A stretch of DNA of 63,895 nucleotides, filler included, from Octopus bimaculoides (taxonomy: Eukaryota), in NCBI RefSeq assembly GCF_001194135.2. It is 7 parts of 7 records of this genome, joined end to end, with 100 filler letters (N's around TTAATTAATTAA, not from the genome) between each part and the next. Parts side by side here need not be neighbours in the genome. Positions count along the whole stretch, not along the records: positions 51,655 to 57,917 come from NC_069002.1; positions 58,018 to 60,525 come from NW_026334568.1; positions 60,626 to 62,675 come from NW_026315847.1; positions 62,776 to 63,895 come from NW_026418475.1; 3 more parts are not named here. The stretch is one strand, 5' to 3'. The notes below the pieces were generated by a model, which was given only the letters and a program-made list of their open reading frames with translations, was not told the DNA's origin and searched no databases. Below are positions 55,578 to 63,895 of this stretch, in pieces. How positions within the stretch are numbered: the stretch's first letter is position 1; each line of letters opens with the position of its first letter. A program made the position numbers and the translations under genes.

Positions 55578-55849
55578 TGTTGTGGTGAAATCCTGACACC
55601 CCTGTGAGATAGCAGGTCAACTGTCCTAAACCGTATTAAGGCGCATGCGCACTGTCAGTGAGGTGCGGTGTGATGTGCGCAGGCACTTTGTGAAAACAGT
55701 CGTAGAAGTCGCTGAGAAGAGATATTGTTTGTTAAGTGTTATTTCCGATTTATATTTGTACTGTTATAGCTTTGTTATAAGTCCACAATATAAAGTAGCA
55801 TATACAGGGAGTTCAAAGAAGGACCTAACAATGTCGACGGGACACAACA
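55578..55849. mobile_element. Candidate solo LTR (272 bp)
   Basis: Termini TGTTGTG...CACAACA form a perfect 7-bp inverted repeat with TG..CA ends. The flanks ATCTC/CTCTC match 4/5 as a 5-bp TSD. An AATATAAA signal lies near the 3' end. Confidence 0.55.
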
Positions 55850-56294
55850 CTCTCCATTACTACCATCACCACCACCACCACTATCACAGACACCACCATC
55901 ACAAACACAACCCAATTCACACACACAACTCTTAGATTGCACGTCACAGGACCAGCAAAATACAAACTTCTTTAACTACGCAGCAATAAACACGAACAAT
56001 AAAAACTCATGGAACACATATATAGACATCACACACAACTACTTAATCACACCAACGCATAAAATTCATCCTAACATCACAAAACACATACAATGCCATA
56101 AAAACTAAATATCCTGAAGGAGTAGGGGTTTTCTGGAGAAATATTAAGAAAATATTGTATAAAGAACTGCTGGTGGAAACATCCACATTTAGACCTGAGG
56201 ATGGAACATCCGCCCCCACCTTACCAACAAAACCACTGTAAGTAAACTTTTCTGCATCTTTTCTTTATCCTGTCATGACCTTGTTTAGGATAGG

Positions 56295-57510
56295 CCCTAT
56301 ATGCATGTGGCCTGGGGCGCCTGGGAAACAAGACCATCTACTCAACGACCTCAGGTCACCAAGTGTAGATGTAGTGGGTATTGGAAGGCCGTCTTAGACT
56401 ATACGTCAGGACTTTGTAGGACTAGCGGATAGAAGAGGTGTAGTAAATTCTTAAACCTCGTCAGACATCTCCAACTGTCTGACATGTGCCGACTAGATTT
56501 CCCGGATGTACCAATGTGGACATGGACGATTCGCATTGGATCATCCTGATCGTATCTAGACAGGGTATTCTGTAGGACAATTGAAAAGGAAAATTTAAGT
56601 TGTCCATTTTCCAAAATCGTCGATTACATAAACCACAAATTTGTGAACTGTACATTCAACCTAGATAGGCTTAGAAGGCAGGGACCTGATACTACTAGCT
56701 GAGTGTGTCACTTCTGGTGTGCTAAGCTTACAGAGACGGGATTAGAGAATTAGTTTAGCAGGCATTGACGAGGGCAATCGTCAACAATAAATGGTGGTTT
56801 GCCCGTAAAAGAGCAAACTAGAGTGGAATCAATTAGGTTTAGCTGCAGTCTGAAACGCAGGATGGACTTCATATCTCGACGACCTTCCACGACTCTCGGC
56901 AACAGTGAGGGGGTGGAGTGGCGCGAAATGCCGACAAAAACCGTTGAAATATGGGATGCTATGGGGGCAAATCGCCTGGTTTGGATGGTATGCCCAATGA
57001 AATTTACTTTCATATGCCAGGCTTGTTTAGCGGCGTTTTAGCAGGTATCTATTGTATGCCTCTACAAGTGGTGACACTGCTAAGATAGAACCCAAAAAGA
57101 GGGATCAAATAGACAATTTTAGGCCCATAATGCTGCTGAACGTAGCATTAAAACTTTTGGTCCAAGTGTTAGCAAAGACGTTGGCGATTGTCACCGAGGA
57201 CTGATTGATGATGCGCAACCATAGGCAATCCCAAGAAGATCCGTCCACGACAACCTCCACTTCATGCGATACATCATAGACAGGGTGCGTAAGGAATCCG
57301 ATATGGGTGGGGGCCCTGGTCAATTTGGATCAATCTAAAGCATTCGATAGGGTCGACGACCAATACTTGGCGGCCGGTTTCCGTCCCGCTTTCCGTGGCT
57401 GGATCGCTGCACTGTACAGCAATATTTGCTCGGTGGTTCGGTTGAATGGTTACCTATCGAAACCATTCAACATCATGTTTTCGGTGTGTCAAGGGTGTCC
57501 CGTCGTATGT
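56295..57510 (+). pseudogene. Tx1/L1-clade LINE ORF2 remnants (APE start and RT)
   Basis: GKQDHLLNDLRSPSVDVVGI (endonuclease N-terminus-like); DNFRPIMLLNVALKLL, RSVHDNLHFMRYII, ALVNLDQSKAFDRVD and SVCQGCP are RT motifs, all broken by stops and indels. Confidence 0.8.
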
Positions 57511-57587
57511 CTTCTGTATACTGATAGTGCAAGTTGTCCAATTTTCAAACCGGTCAGCTACAGAGACCAGAAATTTGTGAACTTATT

Positions 57588-57622
<35 letters not shown>

Positions 57623-57624
57623 TA

Positions 57625-57767
57625 TTCAGTAGTTTTATTTTTATAACGTGCTTTCACTTCACTACCGAGCGCAGCTCTGTGCGCCTTGGGTATGTGCTGT
57701 GGTTTGCTGCGGCGATCTTATGTTTACTGTATTGAAAGTGTTTTGCGTAGAATGTGTGCAGTACCCA

Positions 57768-57769
<2 letters not shown>
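57625..57769 (-). mobile_element. Dong/R4 3' end (short)
   Basis: Same 3' UTR as 22098-22250, embedded in (TTA)n on both sides. Confidence 0.8.
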
Positions 57770-57830
<61 letters not shown>

Positions 57831-58017
57831 TTATGTTTGACTTTTGTTTTGCATTTGTACAAGTTGGATCCAAATCTCACCCAGAGACCTCAAGAGACAA
57901 CAAGTTAGAAGTTCATGNNNNNNNNNNNNNNNNNNNNNNNNNNNNNNNNNNNNNNNNNNNNTTAATTAATTAANNNNNNNNNNNNNNNNNNNNNNNNNNN
58001 NNNNNNNNNNNNNNNNN

Positions 58018-58355
58018 CATAGGATCACGGTTTCGATTCCCAGACCGGGTGTTTTGAGTGTTTATTGTGCAAAAACACCTAAAGCCCCACGAGGCTCCGG
58101 CAGGAGATAGTGGCGAACCCTGCTGTACTCTTTCACTACAACTTTCTCTCACTCTTTCTTCCTGTTTCTGTTGTGCCTGTAATTCAAAGGGGTCAGCCTT
58201 GTTACACACTGTGTCACGCTGAATATCCCCGAGAACTACGTTAAGGGTACACGTGTCTGTGGAGTGCTCAGCCACTTGCACGTTAATTTCACGAGCAGGA
58301 TGTTCCGTTGATCGGATCAACTGGAACACCCGACGTCGTAAGCGACGGAGTGCCA
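58018..58355 (+). mobile_element. SINE, non-CORE body with tail X
   Basis: B box gtttcgattccc, body as at 16190-16290, tail as at 34475-34650. Confidence 0.75.
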
Positions 58356-58490
58356 AATGCCGGACTGGTAAACAGTACTTACTACCTAATCGTGGTAGAG
58401 AACTGTACTAAGTGGCCAGAGGTTTGCAGGTGTCATAAACCAATCTCTAAGACAGCTATAAAGTTCTTATACGAATTGTTTGCGCAGTGC
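58356..58490 (+). pseudogene. Second, shorter copy of the same integrase fragment
   Basis: Reverse complement of 60000-60134; encodes YYLIVVENCTKWPEV...LYELFAQC. Confidence 0.75.
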
Positions 58491-58644
58491 CCTCAACCAT
58501 TTCTTCTATGCCTCACTTCAAAATTCCACGTTTTGGGCGATCTTTCGATACTAGTACGCAAGAACATCCGGTCTCCCCCTCAGATGCATACAATTCTCAA
58601 ACTTTAAACAGATAAACACACTATACGATCACGTAATCAGTATA

Positions 58645-58810
58645 GGGAGGAGATACGCCAATGTGGAGGTGCGCTTCACAACGGAGGAGGAAGCAAATAA
58701 AGCACTCCACAGAGGCAATAAGGACAGAGGAATAATGGGTGCTCTTGCCTTCGTACTGCGGCAAACGTGTGGCCAAGGTGCGAGTGAGTAAGGTGCCAAC
58801 CGAACTGAAA
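58645..58810 (+). pseudogene. Tx1-type ORF1 fragment between 45-bp direct repeats
   Basis: NVEVRFTTEEEANK/HSTEAIRTEE*WVLLPSYCGKRVAKVRVSKVPTE aligns with 54720-54880. Confidence 0.5.
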
Positions 58811-59769
58811 CTTTAAACACATAAACGCACTATACGATCATGTAATCAGTATGCGTGCGCGCNNNNNNNNNNNNNNNNNNNNNNNNNNNNNNNNNNNNNN
58901 NNNNNNNNNNNNNNNNNNNNNNNNNNNNNNNNNNNNNNNNNNNNNNNNNNNNNNNNNNNNNNNNNNNNNNNNNNNNNNNNNNNNNNNNNNNNNNNNNNNN
59001 NNNNNNNNNNNNNNNNNNNNNNNNNNNNNNNNNNNNNNNNNNNNNNNNNNNNNNNNNNNNNNNNNNNNNNNNNNNNNNNNNNNNNNNNNNNNNNNNNNNN
59101 NNNNNNNNNNNNNNNNNNNNNNNNNNNNNNNNNNNNNNNNNNNNNNNNNNNNNNNNNNNNNNNNNNNNNNNNNNNNNNNNNNNNNNNNNNNNNNNNNNNN
59201 NNNNNNNNNNNNNNNNNNNNNNNNNNNNNNNNNNNNNNNNNNNNNNNNNNNNNNNNNNNNNNNNNNNNNNNNNNNNNNNNNNNNNNNNNNNNNNNNNNNN
59301 NNNNNNNNNNNNNNNNNNNNNNNNNNNNNNNNNNNNNNNNNNNNNNNNNNNNNNNNNNNNNNNNNNNNNNNNNNNNNNNNNNNNNNNNNNNNNNNNNNNN
59401 NNNNNNNNNNNNNNNNNNNNNNNNNNNNNNNNNNNNNNNNNNNNNNNNNNNNNNNNNNNNNNNNNNNNNNNNNAATAAGGTCGATGGGGGAACAAGTTCA
59501 TCTCCACAATCACGAACTGTTGCCATGGCAAACCACTCAGGAAGGCAGAGGAGTCTCTACGTGGTAGATAGACCTACTAGAAATAGCAGCCAAATCTTCC
59601 TCAAATCACACCTTACTCTCTTATCTATGTATATATATATATTTGTATGAGCCAGTCAAGAAGCTATGCGGTAAGACCCTATGGAAGAGGGGCCTAAGGA
59701 TTCTACCTCCAGGATCCTCCTACGAATAGTGGGTGCAAGAGATGGGTAGTAATCATGTAGAGAGACAAG

Positions 59770-60134
59770 GAAATAACATTTATCTTATAAAAGGATTTTA
59801 TCAGTGCTTCGACATTGCTTAATTCATTCCTTGATTTTCTTAACACTCTTAAAGGTGTCCAAAAATCTTTCTGCCTGCCCGTTTGACCTCGGAGGGGTGG
59901 CGTGAAAATATGCTTTATCGCATGCCTTTTACAGAAGTTCTTGAATTAATTCCCAGAGAACTGCATTCTGTTGTCTGAAACTAGCATGCCAGGGACACCG
60001 CACTGCGCAAACAATTCATATAAGAACTTTAGAGCTGTCTTAGAGTTTTGTTTATGGCACCTGCAAACCTATGGCCACTTAGTACAGTTCTCTACCACGA
60101 TTAGGTAGTAAGTGCTGTCTACCAGTCCGGCATT
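59770..60134 (-). pseudogene. Gypsy-type integrase core fragment
   Basis: YYLIVVENCTKWP*V...LYELFAQCGVPGMLVSDNRMQF...PRSNGQAERFLDTFK contains the second D and the E of the DDE triad, with stops. A SINE sits where the first D motif should be. Confidence 0.8.
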
Positions 60135-61332
60135 TGGCACTCCGTCGCTTACGACGTCAGGCGTTCCAGTTGATCCGATCAACGGAACAGCCTGCTCCTG
60201 AAATTAACGTGCAAGTGGCTGAGCACTCCACAGACACGTGCACCCCTAACGGGGAAAGGGGTTAATTGTTTACTTTAACAGCCGGCCACCAAAACAGAAC
60301 AAAATGTGTAATTTTGAAGTGAGGCAGGGAAGAAATGGTTAAAAGATGGGAGGAATTGGGGTGGCAGGGAGATAGGGGCGAGGTGAGTATGGTGTGCATA
60401 TGGTTGACATCCGCCCCTTTCCTGAGACTGCAAATGAACCTGAAACTACAAATACACACATACATACACACATGTGTTGTGTGTTGGCACTCCGTCACTT
60501 ACGACGACGTGGGTTCCAGTTGATCNNNNNNNNNNNNNNNNNNNNNNNNNNNNNNNNNNNNNNNNNNNNTTAATTAATTAANNNNNNNNNNNNNNNNNNN
60601 NNNNNNNNNNNNNNNNNNNNNNNNNGATTTACAGCATTTGTCAGGTTAAGAACAGTTTCATCTACAATTTTATTGGTATCTCTTAATCCAAGTAAATATG
60701 ATGGAAACCAAGCCAACCATGACAGTCCCATCATTTCCAGTACATATAATCATTAGTAATACTTATATTCCATCTAATAAGCAAAATGTTCAGTCTGTCT
60801 TGTATCTGACAAATGTCTATGAAACATGAAGTCTATGTTTTGCTAATTGCTCCATGTTAACTAAGTTTGAACATGATTGCTGTGTGTTGGGACATAATAT
60901 AGCATGTATACCAATTAAAGTTAATTTCCTCTACAGCTTAGAGTGTCTCGTTATTGAATGACTTTGGAGCAGGGGAATCTCTTTGATTAATTATCGTTAA
61001 ATAAATCTAAACCACACTTGACTATTAATTTGTGATGTTGAACAAAAATATCATTTCCAGTGAATATAATTATTGCTAATATTTAGACTCCATGTAATTA
61101 ATGAAACTTATTAATACATCTCAAAGTAGATTGTAATAAGGTGTTTATTTCTAATCATTATTATTCCAACAGAAAGTTGCTTCAATATTAATTAGACAAG
61201 ATTAATTTGCTGACAGAAATACACAAATGTTTTGTTTTTGTGTTTCAAATAATGAAGTAAACATCATCTCCCTGAAACTTTAATATTTTCACAAAGCTAA
61301 ATATTTTCCTTATATTTCATTACAGATTCACT

Positions 61333-62675
61333 ATGGAAGACCAAACAAAACCTACCCCTCAGAAAAGGGCTTTAAGGGACTCAACAACAAAAAGGGATGA
61401 AGAAGGAGTTCCTGAAGGATATTGTAGTGTTAGTAGTTCAGAGGGAGAATCAGCAGTGAAGGCCATATCTGATGCAAGACTTAACACACATGGAGACAAA
61501 GAAAGCAGAAAAGAAACTGAAAAACAAATAGTTGCTAAAATACAGAGGATTCGTCTACAATATGATCGCTGCATGATGTTTATGGAGCATTTAGTTAAGG
61601 AGAGGAACTATTTTGAAAGTTTGGGATTAAGTGCCAATTGTATTTTAGAAAAGGTCAAAGAGAAATTTGGAATTTTGCTGAAATATACTAAAGAACAGAA
61701 TATTTCTATTGAGCAGGATCTCGAATGGTTTCAACAAAGACTCTTTGACATTTATGTCACCAGCAATCCATACAGATGGAAGACCATTCAGACACCAAAA
61801 ATAACCACAAAATATCGTCTTCTTTGCCCAGTTGTGACCAGAGAAGCAAAGATTGTGGAATCTGGAGAAGAATTTGACAAAATCACGATATCCGATATTA
61901 TAGTAACACAAGAGGGAGTGATAACCTATTCCCACCATTGTATGACAGTATGTTGTGTGACAAGAGATGGTGACAGAAATGATGTCCATTGTCCATCTTC
62001 TGTCACCAGTTTCACCAGAATTGGTCAAGACATGGTTGTAGCAACCCTCCCCTTCCGAGAAATGATTCTCATTATCAGCCCCACAACTTTCAAGATTAAA
62101 AAGATACAGTTGGGGTTATATATGGTGAGTTATTTGGAAGATTCTACACTTATAGGTGTAGAAATGTTTGGTAAGACTGTTTACCAAATTGATTGGGAGG
62201 AGAATAGAATTAAACACCAATTCATTACCAAAGAAACACCTACAAATATTGCTGTAGGGGTCCACAATATACTTTTAATTACATTTTCCAGTATTAACAG
62301 AGTAATCTGTTATAAAGCGGATGGCCAACAGTTATGGGAGGTAGAGACCCATTCTCTGCACCTCCCAAGTAAAATATCTCTCTACCAAAGCTATTTCTAT
62401 GTCCTCCAGGGACAGATCATTTATAGGATTTCGGCTAAAGGTAGTGTGACAAAGAGGGACATTGGCAGGAAATGCTGTTCTATTTATGTTGCTAAAGATA
62501 CCATTTTGGTAACAGATTATTTTGGCAAACCACATGCCATTGAAACAAATAAAGACTTTTGGCCCAAACTGTCATACAACCACCAGCTACTTACCCCCAG
62601 TTTAAAAGACTATATTTATATTGACGATTGCTACAACATCACAAATATTCTACCTATGTCTACATCTTCTATATT
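61333..62675 (+). CDS. Coiled-coil plus NHL-like beta-propeller protein (TRIM-like, no RING/B-box seen); 3' end lost in an assembly gap
   Basis: 447 uninterrupted codons of non-repetitive sequence. Strong acceptor ttttccttatatttcattacag ends at 61325, 7 nt before the ATG. Charged helical segment at about aa 60-140. Repeated beta-strand blades follow, e.g. ISDIIVTQEGVI and PTNIAVGVHNILLITFSSINRVICYKADGQQLWEV, resembling NHL/six-bladed propeller repeats. The ORF-track end at 62727 is the artificial gap marker. Confidence 0.8.
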
Positions 62676-62719
62676 NNNNNNNNNNNNNNNNNNNNNNNNN
62701 NNNNNNNNNNNNNNNNNNN

Positions 62720-62731
62720 TTAATTAATTAA
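62720..62731. other. Artificial assembly gap marker TTAATTAATTAA
   Basis: Identical 12-mer centred in N runs (here 44 N + 12 + 44 N = 100). Also at 27810, 38867, 51599, 57962 and 60570. It places stops in all six frames. Confidence 0.95.
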
Positions 62732-63127
62732 NNNNNNNNNNNNNNNNNNNNNNNNNNNNNNNNNNNNNNNNNNNNATATATATATATATATAAATATATG
62801 TGTATATATATATAAATATATATATCTACATATATATAAATATATATATGCATATATATGTATATATACGTACATTATATATACATATATATATACAGAC
62901 ATACACACGTAGGCACATATATGAAATATATATACACTCACACATAATTACATATATACGTTTGTATAAATTTCTATAAGCATATATACATGTATACACA
63001 TCTTTAAGTTTATATGCATATACGTACATACGCATATATACCACATATATATATATTATGTATATATGTATATACATGCATATATATATACCATATATAT
63101 ATTATGTATATACACACACAGACACAG

Positions 63128-63181
<54 letters not shown>

Positions 63182-63859
63182 TTACATATATATATGTATT
63201 ATGTATATATATTTATATGTATATATGTATGTATCTATCTATCTATCTGACATATATATATATATCATATTTATATTATGTATATATATGTATGTATGTT
63301 TGTATGTATGGACGTGTGTATATATATTTATACACAAGGAATTGTTAAGTCAGGTTACAACATCGTAGCAGACAGAATTTTTGCAGCGTTAGTTCCGATT
63401 CGATACTTTGCACTCTGTTCGAGGTTAGATTTACATTTCACCCCTCCGGGGGTCGATAAATAAGTATGATACCAAGCGAGTAAGTGCATCGAAGAAAGGA
63501 TAATAACATATTGACGTTTAATTCGTGGCGTTGTTTTTCTTCTTTGGTTTTATTTTTTTTCGAATCTTTGTATTCTGAGTTCAATACCTGTACGGGCTTG
63601 CCTCGGTGGTATGTACACACCTTATCAATCGCCCCGGTTTAACATCAGTTGTCCGGTTTAACGTAATTCCATTTCTGCAAAATTTCGAGTCACGTTTCAG
63701 GTTCGATTCTACCTTCGTTCCACCTTTCTTTTAGTGTTTCGGGGTCCTTGAATATAGGCATGGCACTACCTGCTATCTATCTATCTACCTATCTACCTAT
63801 CCTGGGCGGCAAATACATTCGAGTTGAAAATTGGAATGACTAACGCCTTTTGATGATAA

Positions 63860-63895
<36 letters not shown>

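Overview
AT-rich animal genomic scaffold, dense in microsatellites and interrupted by many N gaps. It is not prokaryotic. The repeat repertoire (several tRNA-derived SINE families, Dong/R4 and Penelope-like retroelements, extreme simple-repeat load) points to an octopod cephalopod such as Octopus; this is an inference from recognition, not a database result. Almost all ORFs in the supplied track are microsatellite or gap artefacts. One convincing host coding exon is present: 61333 to >62675, a coiled coil plus NHL-like beta-propeller (TRIM-like), truncated by a gap. One strong 32-nt micro-exon candidate lies at 17866-17897. The rest is transposon debris: a Penelope RT/GIY-YIG copy nested in a Dong/R4 array, four Dong 3' ends (three inside (TAA)n tracts), a decayed Tx1/L1-type LINE with a solo LTR inside it, a Gypsy integrase fragment, piggyBac-, hAT- and Tigger-like MITEs, and more than 25 SINE copies. 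The most interesting signals are: (1) a near-intact minimal hammerhead ribozyme in a Penelope terminal repeat and a second, different, degenerate one; (2) SINEs that show a 2x2 head/tail shuffling matrix and head-to-tail multimers with a dedicated linker tail; (3) a diverged duplicated non-coding element with a conserved 8-bp inverted repeat and minus-strand splice donors; (4) a 252-bp inverted duplication of a SINE-integrase junction. I found no evidence of a wholly new multi-gene system. Repeat boundaries are approximate and were read by eye.
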